This document shows positions 1-10,271 of a DNA stretch of 64,000 nucleotides, piece after piece. The stretch comes from Candidatus Methylomirabilota bacterium (GTDB taxonomy: Bacteria > Methylomirabilota > Methylomirabilia > Rokubacteriales > CSP1-6), in assembly GCA_036001065.1 (NCBI GenBank), contig DASYUQ010000115.1, positions 1,297 to 65,296 of the forward strand. The letters are read 5' to 3'. The position numbers were made by a program, and so were the translations under genes. The notes under the pieces were generated by a model. It saw nothing but the letters and a program-made list of their open reading frames with translations, ran no database searches and had not been told where the DNA came from. Position 1 is the first letter of the stretch. Each line of letters opens with the position of its first letter.

Positions 1-60
1 GGTGTCGAGCGCGACGGAGCCGACGACGAGGAGGTCAGCCACGGCCTCGCCCTCGCTTAG
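1..60 (+). CDS. Possible 3' end of an upstream gene (partial, ends TAG at 58-60)
   Basis: Open frame from the window edge ending in TAG with high GC3. Too short to identify. Confidence 0.2.
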   Translation, partial: GVERDGADDEEVSHGLALA

Positions 61-952
61 ACCCCGATCTCACCCCATGCCGTCTTTCTTCCCGAAAATA
101 CTTACCGATTAGAAGGTCGAGACGCCGGCGCGTCGATGGAGGGAACGCGCCGGGGCTGGTGATGACCGCGTTCTCGAGGAGGCTCGGACAGGCGCAGGCG
201 CGGACAGACGCGATGGCCGGGATGGCCTGCCGGAGCACCTCCTTGGCGGTCGCGACGTTCTTGAGGAGGTTCTGGATGACTGCCTCGACGCTGACCGTCG
301 CGTGGGTCTCGTGCCAGACGTCGTAGTCGGTGGCCAGGGCCAGCGTCGCGTAGCAGAGCTCCGCTTCCCGGGCCAGCTTGGCCTCGGGCATGTTCGTCAT
401 GCCGATGACGTCGACGCCCCAGCTCCGGTAGATCCGCGACTCGGCCTGCGTCGAGAACTGCGGTCCCTCGATGCAGATGTAGGTCCCGCCCCGATGGACG
501 GGGGCGCCGGTCTGCCGGGCGGCCTTCTCGAGCGTCGTCGCGAGCTGCGGGCACACGGGCTCGGCCATGCCCACGTGGGCGACGATTCCCTCTCCGAAGA
601 ACGAGGAGACGCGCCGCCTGGTGGCGTCGAAGAACTGGTCGGGGATCACGAGGTCCAGCGGGCGGATCTCCTCTTTCATGCTACCGACGGCGGACACGGA
701 AATGACCCACTCCGCCCCCAGCAACTTGAGGCCCCAGATGTTGGCGCGGAAGTTCAGCTCCGACGGCATGAGGCGATGGCCGCGCCCGTGGCGGGCCAGG
801 AAGATCACCGGCCGCCCGTCCAGGCGCCCACAGCAGTACTCGTCCGACGGCTGGCCGAAGGGCGTGCGCACGCGGCGCCACCGCACGTCGCTGAGCCCCG
901 GCAGCTCGTAGAGGCCGCTGCCGCCGATGATCCCGACCCCCGGCTCGCTCAC
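35..952 (-). CDS. mtnP: S-methyl-5'-thioadenosine phosphorylase (purine nucleoside phosphorylase family)
   Basis: The N-terminus MSEPGVGIIGGSGLYEL and overall length are typical of MTAP/PNP-family enzymes. It overlaps the upstream gene by 4 nt, indicating an operon. Confidence 0.8.
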   Translation of the reverse strand: MSEPGVGIIGGSGLYELPGLSDVRWRRVRTPFGQPSDEYCCGRLDGRPVIFLARHGRGHRLMPSELNFRANIWGLKLLGAEWVISVSAVGSMKEEIRPLDLVIPDQFFDATRRRVSSFFGEGIVAHVGMAEPVCPQLATTLEKAARQTGAPVHRGGTYICIEGPQFSTQAESRIYRSWGVDVIGMTNMPEAKLAREAELCYATLALATDYDVWHETHATVSVEAVIQNLLKNVATAKEVLRQAIPAIASVRACACPSLLENAVITSPGAFPPSTRRRLDLLIGKYFREERRHGVRSGSKRGRGRG

Positions 953-2289
953 AGGTCGGAGGGGGGCTCCAGCTCCCCCCGGCTCCGCGCCCCGTCCACT
1001 CCGGTGACGCGGACCTTGACGAGCCGCCGCATGAGGCCGGCGGGTCCGTCGAAGACGACCTCCACGTAGTTGCCGCTCAGCCCCACCAGGTGGCCGCTCT
1101 CCCGATCGCGCGTCTCCAGCACGAGCACCTCCTGGGTCGTGCCCACGAGCCCCCGGCGAAACGCCAGGCTCTTGGCCTGGCCCAGCCCGCGCAGCTCGCG
1201 GCTACGCGCGGCGACGACGCGCGCGCCCACGTGGGCGCAGAGACGCGCCGCCTCGGTACCCCTGCGGTCCGAGTAGGCGAACACGTGCAGATAGGTGAAC
1301 GGCAGCGCCTCGACCAGCGCGCGCGTCTGGGCGACGTCCGCGTCGGTCTCGCGGGGAAAGCCGACGATCACGTCGGTGCCGAGCCCGAGCGCGGGGATCG
1401 CCGAGGCCAGGCGCTCGACGAGCCGCCCGTACATGCCGGCCGTGTAGGGCCGGCGCATGCGCCGGAGCACCCGATCACTCCCGCTCTGCAGCGGGATGTG
1501 CAGGTGGGGCGCGATCACGGGCGACCCCGTGATCAGGTCGATCAGCTCGGGGGTGAAGTAGGCCGGGAGCACCGACGACAGCCGCACCCAGCGGAGGCCG
1601 GGGACCTCGATCATCTCGCGCAGCAGAGCGGCCAGCGACGCGCGGGGGTAGAGGTCGTGGCCATAGTGGCCCATGTCGACACCGGTGAGCACGACCTCGG
1701 GGTAGCCCGTCTCCACGAGCAGGCGTACCTGATCGAGCACCGCCTTCGGCTCGCGGCTCCGGCTCGCCCCGCGCGCGAAGGGCACGATGCAGAACGCGCA
1801 GCGGTGCTGGCAGCCGTCCTGGATCTTCACGAAGGCTCGCGAGCGCCCGTTGATCCGGGCCAGAGGCGCCGCCGCCAGCGCATGCTCGGTGCCGATGTCG
1901 GAAACGCAGCGGCGCGGCGTCGGGTCGAGGCCCTCGGGGCGGGCCAGGAGCTCCTCGAGCAGCTCGGGCAGGCGGCGCTTGTCGGCATTGCCCACCACGA
2001 GGGCGACGCCGCGCACGCGCGCCACCGCGTCGGGATCGGTCTGAGCCCAGCACCCGGTCACGACGATCCGCGCGCCCGGGCTCCCGCGGACGGCGCGATG
2101 GATCATCTGCCGGTCGGAAAAGTCGGCGCGCGAGGTGACGGTGCAGGTGTTGACGAGGACGACGTCGGCCGGCGCCTCGAGCGGGACGGTTCGAAAGCCG
2201 CGCGCCTCCAGCGCCGCCTGGATCTCCTGCGTGTCCACCTGATTGAGGCGGCAGCCGAGGGTGGCGAACGAGACGGTGCGTCCGGTCAT
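949..2289 (-). CDS. mtaB: Radical-SAM methylthiotransferase, MiaB/MtaB family with C-terminal TRAM domain
   Basis: The listed long ORF 949..3240 is a read-through artefact; the real start is the ATG at 2287-2289 (MTGRTVSFATLGCRLNQVDTQ). It has the MTTase N-domain, the CxxxCxxC radical SAM motif (DGCQHRCAFC) and a TRAM tail. ATGA overlap with rlmN. Confidence 0.8.
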   Translation of the reverse strand: MTGRTVSFATLGCRLNQVDTQEIQAALEARGFRTVPLEAPADVVLVNTCTVTSRADFSDRQMIHRAVRGSPGARIVVTGCWAQTDPDAVARVRGVALVVGNADKRRLPELLEELLARPEGLDPTPRRCVSDIGTEHALAAAPLARINGRSRAFVKIQDGCQHRCAFCIVPFARGASRSREPKAVLDQVRLLVETGYPEVVLTGVDMGHYGHDLYPRASLAALLREMIEVPGLRWVRLSSVLPAYFTPELIDLITGSPVIAPHLHIPLQSGSDRVLRRMRRPYTAGMYGRLVERLASAIPALGLGTDVIVGFPRETDADVAQTRALVEALPFTYLHVFAYSDRRGTEAARLCAHVGARVVAARSRELRGLGQAKSLAFRRGLVGTTQEVLVLETRDRESGHLVGLSGNYVEVVFDGPAGLMRRLVKVRVTGVDGARSRGELEPPSDL

Positions 2290-3338
2290 CGGGCGCTCCC
2301 CTCCGGCACGGCCTCCCGGAGCTGCCCGCAGGCGGCGCCGATGTCCTCGCCCTTGCTCCAGCGGACCGTCGTCGTGATCCCGGCGTCGAGGAGCGTCGAC
2401 TGGAAGGCTAGGATCCTGGCCAGCGGCGGCCGCCGGAACGGCGCGCCCTCCCAGTCGTTGAACGGGATCAGGTTGACCTTCGCCCGCACGCCCCGGAGCA
2501 GTTGCGCGAGCCGTCGCGCGTCCTCGGGGGAATCGTTGACGCCCTCCAGCAGGACGTACTCGAAGAAGACGCGCTGGCGCGGCGCCAGCGGGTACCGGCG
2601 CACGGCCTCCATCAGCGCCGCCAGGTTCCAGGACTGGTTGACGGGCATCAGGCGCGATCGCACCTCGTCGGAAGCCGCGTGCAGCGAGATGGCCAGGTTC
2701 ACCCTGAGGTTCTCGCCGCCGAGACGGCGGATACCGGAGACCAGGCCCACCGTCGAGACCGTGATGCGCCGGGGAGAGTAGCCGACGCCGAGTCTGGCGT
2801 CGGTGAGGATCCGGATCGCCTTGACGAGCGCGGCGAGGTTGGCCAGCGGCTCGCCCATGCCCATGAAGACGAGGTGCGTGACGCGCCGGCCCTCCTCCAA
2901 CGCCAGCGCATTGGCGGCCAGGAGCTGGCCGACGATCTCCGCCGACGTCAGATTCCGCCCGAGCCCCATCGTGCCTGTCAGACAGAACGCGCACGCGTAG
3001 CCACAGCCGACCTGCGTGGAGAGGCACAGCGTGATGCGCTCGTCGTCGGGCATGAGCACTGCGCTCACCCGGCTGCCGTCGTCGAGCCGGAAGACCAGCT
3101 TGCGGCTTCCATCCTGCGACGGCGTCACGCGCTCGGTCTCGGGCAGCGCGACGACCGCCCGCTCGGCCAGCGCGGCGCGAAAGTCCTTGGGTAGGTCCGA
3201 CATCGCCCCCAGCGACAGGACGCCCTTGCGATAGATCCACGTGGCGAGCTGGCGGCCGCGGTAGCGTGAGCCGCCGAGCTCGACGGCGAGATCTTCCATC
3301 TCGGAGGGCAGCATTCCGATCAGATTCATGCGCGACAT
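2286..3338 (-). CDS. rlmN: 23S rRNA/tRNA adenine-C2 methyltransferase RlmN (radical SAM)
   Basis: Carries the CGYACAFCLTG radical SAM motif and a C-terminal conserved Cys (GAACGQL). The start was chosen at MSRMNLIG (ATG at 3338) inside the longer listed ORF. Confidence 0.8.
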   Translation of the reverse strand: MSRMNLIGMLPSEMEDLAVELGGSRYRGRQLATWIYRKGVLSLGAMSDLPKDFRAALAERAVVALPETERVTPSQDGSRKLVFRLDDGSRVSAVLMPDDERITLCLSTQVGCGYACAFCLTGTMGLGRNLTSAEIVGQLLAANALALEEGRRVTHLVFMGMGEPLANLAALVKAIRILTDARLGVGYSPRRITVSTVGLVSGIRRLGGENLRVNLAISLHAASDEVRSRLMPVNQSWNLAALMEAVRRYPLAPRQRVFFEYVLLEGVNDSPEDARRLAQLLRGVRAKVNLIPFNDWEGAPFRRPPLARILAFQSTLLDAGITTTVRWSKGEDIGAACGQLREAVPEGSAR

Positions 3339-3437
3339 CGCTCGAAGAATATCACGAAGCCCTCGGTGAGTTTTCCACCGCACTTGTGCGCGAGCGGTGG
3401 ATAACCCTGTGAGCGCGCCGAGGTCCGCCACAACTTT

Positions 3438-4772
3438 TCAGCCACTTGGAGCGCTTCGCTCATCCCGCGGGCACCCAGGCTGCAAGATGATGTACAGATC
3501 GAGCAAATTGGTGTTCGTGGGGCCGGTGATTACCAGATCTCCGCTGGCCCGGAGGAACGCGTAGGCATCGTTGTCCTTTAGTGACTCCCGCGGATCGTGG
3601 CCCGCGGCCTGACCGCGGGCCACCGTGCCGGCGTCCACCAGCGCGCCGGCCGCGTCGGTCGGCCCGTCGGTCCCATCGGTGCCCGCGGCGAGGGCGACCA
3701 GGCTCTCGTGGGGACGAAGCTCCTGGGCGGCGGTCAGGGCGAATTCCTGACAGCGCCCGCCGCGCCCGCGCCCCCGGACCGTCACGGTCGTTTCCCCGCC
3801 CGCGATCAGACAGGCCGGCGGCCGGAGCCGGCGGGCCCGGGCCAGGAGGTCGCGCGCCACCTCCCGCGCTTCACCCTCGAGCGCGCGAGTGAGGACGTGG
3901 GGATCGAAACCGAGCCGCCGCGCCTCGGCGGCCGCCGCGTCGACGGTCAGCGCGTTGTTACCGATCACGAGGTTCGTGACGCGCTCGAACAGCGGATCGC
4001 CCGGCTTCGGCGTCTCCTCCACCTCGCCGCGGGCGCCGGCCTCGAGCCGCGCCAGCACCGAGACCGGGGCCCGGTCGCGAACGCCGCGCCTGGTCAGCAC
4101 GCCCAGGGCGTCCGCGAAGGTCGTGGGGTCGGGAGCCGTCGGTCCCGACGCGATCACGTCGAGCGGGTCGCCGATGACGTCGGAGAGGATGAGCGTGAGC
4201 ACCATCGCCGGCGCCGCCGCCCGCGCCAGCTGCCCCCCCTTGAGAAGCGACAGATGCTTGCGGACCGCGTTCAGCTCGTTGATGGTCGCGCCGGCGGCGA
4301 GCAGGAGCCTGGTGACCGCCTGCTTCTCTTCCAGGGTCACGGGGGGCGCCGGCGCGGGGGTGAGCGCCGAGCCCCCACCCGAGATCAGAAACATGACGAG
4401 GTCGCCGGCGCCGGCGGTCCGGGCCAGCTCGAGGAGCCGCGCCGCGGCTACCTGGCCGCGACCGTCGGGCACCGGATGGCCGGCCTGCGCCAAACGGATG
4501 CGTCGGGTGGGCGCGGTGTGTCCGTCCTTGACGATGACGAATCCGTCGGCGATGCGGTCGCCCAGCACGCCCTCGACCGCCCGCGCCATCGCCCCGCTGG
4601 CTTTACCGCAGCCCAGCACGAGCAGGCGCCGGAGACGGCCGAGGTCGACGGCTCTCGGCCCGGCGACGAGCTTCGGGCCGTCCACGCGGAGGGCGCGACC
4701 GATGAGGGGCTCGGCGTCGCCGGCGGCCAGCGCGGCCTCGAAGATGGCGCGAGCCGCCTCGCGAGCGGTCAC
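3438..4772 (-). CDS. Glycerate 2-kinase (MOFRL family)
   Basis: Shows MOFRL-family similarity throughout (LVLGCGKASGAM..., ...LIAGGETTVTV..., GTDGTDGPTDAAGA). The start was placed at the GTG at 4770-4772, downstream of the REP-like repeat; the listed ORF extends through the repeat, which is unlikely to be coding. Confidence 0.65.
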   Translation of the reverse strand: MTAREAARAIFEAALAAGDAEPLIGRALRVDGPKLVAGPRAVDLGRLRRLLVLGCGKASGAMARAVEGVLGDRIADGFVIVKDGHTAPTRRIRLAQAGHPVPDGRGQVAAARLLELARTAGAGDLVMFLISGGGSALTPAPAPPVTLEEKQAVTRLLLAAGATINELNAVRKHLSLLKGGQLARAAAPAMVLTLILSDVIGDPLDVIASGPTAPDPTTFADALGVLTRRGVRDRAPVSVLARLEAGARGEVEETPKPGDPLFERVTNLVIGNNALTVDAAAAEARRLGFDPHVLTRALEGEAREVARDLLARARRLRPPACLIAGGETTVTVRGRGRGGRCQEFALTAAQELRPHESLVALAAGTDGTDGPTDAAGALVDAGTVARGQAAGHDPRESLKDNDAYAFLRASGDLVITGPTNTNLLDLYIILQPGCPRDERSAPSG

Positions 4773-4776
4773 ACGT

Positions 4777-4879
4777 CGGAGGGGGCGGACGTTACGGCCC
4801 CCTCGAGATCCATAGTCAGAGGGGGCCTCACGGCCCCCTCCGAACCACCCCGGTGGCGTTGCGCCGGCGAAGCCGGCGC
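4777..4879. repeat. REP/MITE-like composite hairpin repeat, copy a (orientation 1)
   Basis: GGAGGGGGCGGACGTTACGGCCCCCTC hairpin, a second GAGGGGGCC..GGCCCCCTCC hairpin, CGAACCACCCCGGTGG, and a GCGCCGGCGAAGCCGGCGC hairpin. It lies between the aminotransferase and glycerate kinase genes. Confidence 0.65.
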
Positions 4880-4950
4880 CCGAAGCAAGAACGCCTTGAT
4901 CCGATCGAACATCGGGAGCCTCGGCTGCGACGGTTCCGGTCCCGGCGCTC

Positions 4951-6129
4951 TCAGCGAGAGCGGAGCTTCTGCAGCCGCTCCCCCGCTTCCCGAAGCACAT
5001 CGTCGGTCTTCGGAAAGCAGAACCGGATCTTCGTCCGTCCCAGCTCGCGATGGGCGTGGAAGGACGAGCCGGGAACCGTGGCCACCCCCATCTCCTTGAT
5101 GAGGAACATAGCGAAGGTGGCGTCGTCCTCGATGCCGTACCGCTTCAGGAAATGCGCGACGTCGGTGAGGATGTAGTAGGCGCCGTCCGGTTTGTAGACC
5201 ACGAAGCCCGCGCGCTCGAGGTAGCCGAGCAGCAGGTCGCGCTTGGCCTGGTACATCTCGCGGAGCCAGACGTAATAGGCGTCGGGCAGCGCGAGCGCCG
5301 TCACGGCCGCCTCCTGAAACGGGTGCGGCGCCCCCACGGTCACGAAGTCGTGAGCGCGCCGGATGCCGAGGCTGATCTCCGGCGACGCGATGGCGTAGCC
5401 GATGCGCCAGCCCGTCACCGAGTAGGACTTCGAGATTCCCGAGATCGTGATCGTGCGCTCGGCCATGCCCGGCAGGGTGGCGATCGGCGTATGACCGAGC
5501 CCGTCGAAGACGATGTGCTCGTAGATCTCGTCGGTGATGGCCAGCAGGTCGTGCTGGAGGCAGAGATCGGCGATGAGGCCGAGCTCCCGGCGCGAGAAGA
5601 CCTTGCCGGTCGGGTTGTTGGGGCTGTTGAAGACGATGGCCTTCGTGCGCGGCGAGACCGCCCGGGCCAGCCGCTCGGGGTCGAAGCCGAACTCGGGAGG
5701 CTCCAGCGGAACGAAGACGGGCTGAGCACCGGAGATGATGCAGCCGGGGCCGTAGTTTTCGTAGAACGGCTCGAAGATGATCACCTCGTCGCCGGGGTTG
5801 AGCACCGCCAGCAGCGTCGACAGCATCGTCTCCGTCGAGCCGCAGCAGACGGTGATGTGGCGGTCGGGGTCCAGCTCCATCCCGTAAAACTTCCGGTACT
5901 TGTCGGCGATGCCCCGGCGCAGACGCGGCGTGCCCCAGGTGATGGCGTACTGGTGGAAGTCGCCGTCCAGCGCCTTGTGAGCGGCGTCGATCAGCTCTGG
6001 CGGCGGAGGGAAGTTGGGCATGCCCTGGGCCAGGTTGACGCCTCCGTGCTGGCTGACGACGCGCGTCATCTCACGGATCACCGACTCCGTGAAGCCTTGA
6101 ACCCGACGCGAGAGGCGAGATGTCGTCAC
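4951..6129 (-). CDS. PLP-dependent class I/II aminotransferase (methionine or kynurenine aminotransferase-like)
   Basis: Aminotransferase class I fold motifs: NLAQGMPNFPPP, FNSPNNPTGKVF, and a C-terminal SKSYSVTGWRIGY with the Schiff-base Lys. Confidence 0.8.
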   Translation of the reverse strand: MTTSRLSRRVQGFTESVIREMTRVVSQHGGVNLAQGMPNFPPPPELIDAAHKALDGDFHQYAITWGTPRLRRGIADKYRKFYGMELDPDRHITVCCGSTETMLSTLLAVLNPGDEVIIFEPFYENYGPGCIISGAQPVFVPLEPPEFGFDPERLARAVSPRTKAIVFNSPNNPTGKVFSRRELGLIADLCLQHDLLAITDEIYEHIVFDGLGHTPIATLPGMAERTITISGISKSYSVTGWRIGYAIASPEISLGIRRAHDFVTVGAPHPFQEAAVTALALPDAYYVWLREMYQAKRDLLLGYLERAGFVVYKPDGAYYILTDVAHFLKRYGIEDDATFAMFLIKEMGVATVPGSSFHAHRELGRTKIRFCFPKTDDVLREAGERLQKLRSR

Positions 6130-6354
6130 GATGCCCGCGCGGAGGTCGACCCCACGGGGGCGGCGCGCCGCCGTCCCGGGAACGCCAGGTGATGGGGCGA
6201 GGGGCGGCGGGGGTGGGCGGGGCTCTCGGAGACCCGTGTTTCAGGGTATGGTCTCGGCCCCGCGTGCAGAACTGGTCGGCGAGCGATGTCGGACAGCGTG
6301 GTCGACGAGGGCCCCGCCCGCCCCCGCCGCCGGGTCAACGTCTTCACGAAGCGT

Positions 6355-6597
6355 TCACGGAACGACGACGTCGCGCTCGATGGGATCGATCTGGACGCCG
6401 AGCTTCTTAAGCCAGGCCACACCCTGCTGAAGCCTCTCTTCGGGCGCGTCCATCTCCAGCGCCACCCAGCCGTAGTCCGCCTTCACGTCGGCGCGCCGGA
6501 TGTTGATCACGATGTCGAAGTCCTTCACGAGCCGGTAGAGGATGGGCTCCTGGATCAGGTGCGCCGGAAACGTGAGGCGGACACGCATGCGGGCCAT
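6355..6597 (-). CDS. NIL-domain (ferredoxin-like, MetN C-terminal-like) small protein
   Basis: 80 aa with a LIQEPILYRLVKDFDIVINIRRADVK..GWVALEM pattern resembling the NIL domain found in MetN and in sulfur-amino-acid accessory proteins. Confidence 0.5.
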   Translation of the reverse strand: MARMRVRLTFPAHLIQEPILYRLVKDFDIVINIRRADVKADYGWVALEMDAPEERLQQGVAWLKKLGVQIDPIERDVVVP

Positions 6598-6609
6598 GGC
6601 CGCACCGGG

Positions 6610-6887
6610 TCAGCGCCCTCCGGCAATGGCGGGCACGATCGAGACGGTATCGCCGTCCTTGAGGGCCGTCTTCTTGCCCTGGATGAACCGGATGTCTTCC
6701 TCGTTCACGTAGATGTTGATGAAGCGCCTCAGCTCTCCGCTGTCGTCCACCAGCCGTTCCCGTAGCCCGGGGAACTGGCGCTCCAGGTCGTCCACCACCT
6801 CCGCGACGGACTCCCCCTTGGCGCGGACCTCGGCGTTGCCCTTCGTGATGGAGCGGAGTGGAGTCGGGATACGCACCGTCACCGGCA

Positions 6888-6888
<1 letters not shown>
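6610..6888 (-). CDS. MoaD/ThiS/CysO-type sulfur-carrier protein (C-terminal GG followed by one extra Arg)
   Basis: 92-aa beta-grasp protein ending ...SIVPAIAGGR. It overlaps the stop of the upstream ThrC-like gene by 1 nt. Confidence 0.65.
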
Positions 6889-8147
<1,259 letters not shown>

Positions 8148-8265
8148 GAGCACGTCTCCATCGGTAGGGGAATTGAGCCCCGAGTTGTACTGCACCGACA
8201 GCAAGACATTTCGCTTAGTTAACAGTGAACAGCGGAGGAAGTCAATTGCAGTATGATCCGACCCC

Positions 8266-10173
8266 GTGGCGTTGTCCCGGCTGGGCCCGCTGCTCCTCGT
8301 GCTCGCCTATGGAGTCGCCTTCGGCGCGGCGGCGTTCGGCCGGACGCTCCCCGCCTTCGACGATCACCCCGGGCAGTTCTACCGCCTGCACCACGTCGTC
8401 GCCCGCGGGTGGGCGCCGTGGACGTGGAATCCGGATTGGTGGGCGGGCTATCCGGAGATGCAGTTCTATCCCCCCGGCTTCTTCTATCTGGGCGCGCTCG
8501 TCGCGCGGGGCTCCTTCGGCCTGATCGACGTCGCCGTCACCTATCAGAGCCTCCTCTGGCTCACCTGGCTCGCGCCCGCCGTGACCACCTTTCTCGCTCT
8601 GGCGCGCCTGCTCGGGAGCGGCTGGCTCGCGCTCCCCGGCGCCTTCATCGCGCTGACGCTCTCGGCCGGCCTCACGAGCGGTGTCGAGGGCGGCGTGCAC
8701 GTCGGCATGCTGCCGGCGCGCCTGGCCTGGGGGCTCCTGCCGGTGGTGCTGATGGCGGCGGCGCCCTGGGCGGAGGACCGGCGCCTTCCGTGGCTCACGG
8801 TACCGCTGCTCGCGGTCGTCGCCCTCACGCATCCGGCTCACGTGCCAGCGGCCGGCGCGCTCGTCGTCCTGGCCGCGTGGTCGGGCCCGGGCTCGCGCCT
8901 CCACCGTCTGGGGGCCGCCGTGGGGGGACTGGTACTCGCCGCCGCGCTGACCGCCTTCTGGGCACTTCCGCTCCTGGCTCGGCTCTCGTACACGCGCGCG
9001 CTCGCTTGGGGACGGCTGGCGCCCCTGGAAACCCTGACGGCCCACCCACTGCTGCTCGGACTGCTCGTCCTCGCGGCTGTCGCGACGCGCCGGGGCCGGT
9101 CGCCCAGCGACACGATCGTCGCTCGGTTCCCCTGGGTCATGATCGCCGTCGTCGCCGCCGATGCCGCCCTGGTCGAGCCACTCGGGCTTCTCTGGCTCCC
9201 CGCTGATCGCGTGGCCGACGGCGCCTGGCTCGCGACCGTCCTGGCGGCGGGGCTCGCGGGCGGCCGCCTGCTCGAGCGCCTCTCGGCGAGGACGGGCGCG
9301 CCCGTGGCCGCGCTGGCGCTCGCCGCCACCGCCGTCGCCATCGCGCTGTCGCTCCCCGGCGGAACGCTCACGCTCTGGCCGCGCGCCTCCCAGTGGCCTT
9401 CGTACGCGGCGGTCGAGCGCGGGATGCGTCTAGGCGCGCTGTGGGCGGCGCTGCGCGGCGCCCCCCCCGGGCGCGTGCTCTTCGTCCGGTCGGGCGTGCC
9501 GCTCGCCTACGGCGGCGAGTGGTGGCGGCCTCACACCCACGTCACCGCGCTCACGCCGCTCCGCGCCGGGCGCGCCATCGTCCACGGGACCTTCACCCAT
9601 CCCTCCCCTGTCGCCGCGCTGGTGTACCGCGGCGAGGCCGGCCCCGGGGCGATCACGACGCTGGCCGAGCGGCTCGACGGCCACCGGCTGTTCGGCCGGC
9701 CGCTCGACGGCCTCGACGCGGCGACGTTCGACTTCTTCGCCGAACGCCTCGGGATCGCCGCCGTCGTCGCGCTCGACGAAGACGCCGGGAGTCTCCGATT
9801 CCTGGACGACAACCCGGCGCTCGCCAGACGCCCGCCGCTGGGACCGTTCCTGGTCTACGAGCGCCGAGCGCCCACCACGCTTCCGATCCGGATGGCGCCC
9901 GACCGCTGGACCATCACCCTCTCCGGCCAGCCCGGCGAGTGGGTCTCGACGCGCGTCACCTACTACCCCCTCTGGCGCGCCGAGCGCGGCGGGGCCCCGC
10001 TGGCGACGCGTCGCGGGAGCATCGGAGACCTGGAAGCGCGGCTGGACGCCGGGGTCGGCCCCGTTGAGCTCGTCTACGCCGCCGGCGCCCCGGAGGCGGC
10101 CGGAGTGCTCGTGAGCGCGCTGGGGTTCATCGCCTGGTCGGTGGGCTGGGGGCTGCGGAGGCGCGGCGACTAG
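8266..10173 (+). CDS. Large polytopic integral membrane protein (DUF2298/YYY-like, putative glycosyl- or arabinosyl-transferase-like)
   Basis: 635 aa with many hydrophobic segments and a conserved HHVVARGWAPWTWNPDWWAGYPEMQFYPPGF segment typical of this membrane-protein family. Confidence 0.5.
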   Translation: MALSRLGPLLLVLAYGVAFGAAAFGRTLPAFDDHPGQFYRLHHVVARGWAPWTWNPDWWAGYPEMQFYPPGFFYLGALVARGSFGLIDVAVTYQSLLWLTWLAPAVTTFLALARLLGSGWLALPGAFIALTLSAGLTSGVEGGVHVGMLPARLAWGLLPVVLMAAAPWAEDRRLPWLTVPLLAVVALTHPAHVPAAGALVVLAAWSGPGSRLHRLGAAVGGLVLAAALTAFWALPLLARLSYTRALAWGRLAPLETLTAHPLLLGLLVLAAVATRRGRSPSDTIVARFPWVMIAVVAADAALVEPLGLLWLPADRVADGAWLATVLAAGLAGGRLLERLSARTGAPVAALALAATAVAIALSLPGGTLTLWPRASQWPSYAAVERGMRLGALWAALRGAPPGRVLFVRSGVPLAYGGEWWRPHTHVTALTPLRAGRAIVHGTFTHPSPVAALVYRGEAGPGAITTLAERLDGHRLFGRPLDGLDAATFDFFAERLGIAAVVALDEDAGSLRFLDDNPALARRPPLGPFLVYERRAPTTLPIRMAPDRWTITLSGQPGEWVSTRVTYYPLWRAERGGAPLATRRGSIGDLEARLDAGVGPVELVYAAGAPEAAGVLVSALGFIAWSVGWGLRRRGD

Positions 10174-10176
10174 GTC

Positions 10177-10207
10177 CCTCGGAGGGGGGCTTCGCCCCCC
10201 TTCCGAG
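10177..10207. repeat. REP-like hairpin repeat, copy e (A2 subtype only)
   Basis: CTCGGAGGGGGGCTTCGCCCCCCTTCCGAG palindrome. The core is identical to the copy at 51129-51158. Confidence 0.6.
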
Positions 10208-10271
10208 ATTCCTATTCGGAGGAGGCCTCGAGGACGAACGCCGAGGAGAGCAGACCGTAGAGGCGCAGGCG

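Noticed and set aside
1090-2781. Very long ORFs on the strand opposite to or overlapping real genes (for example 1090..2781+, 3597..5099+, 9430..11262-, 19864..23037+ at 1057 aa, 40815..42992- at 725 aa, 39242..42622+ at 1126 aa).
   Set aside because: These are typical stop-codon-poor artefacts of about 70 % GC DNA. They have no recognisable domains and lie antisense to or out of frame with genes that carry clear conserved motifs.
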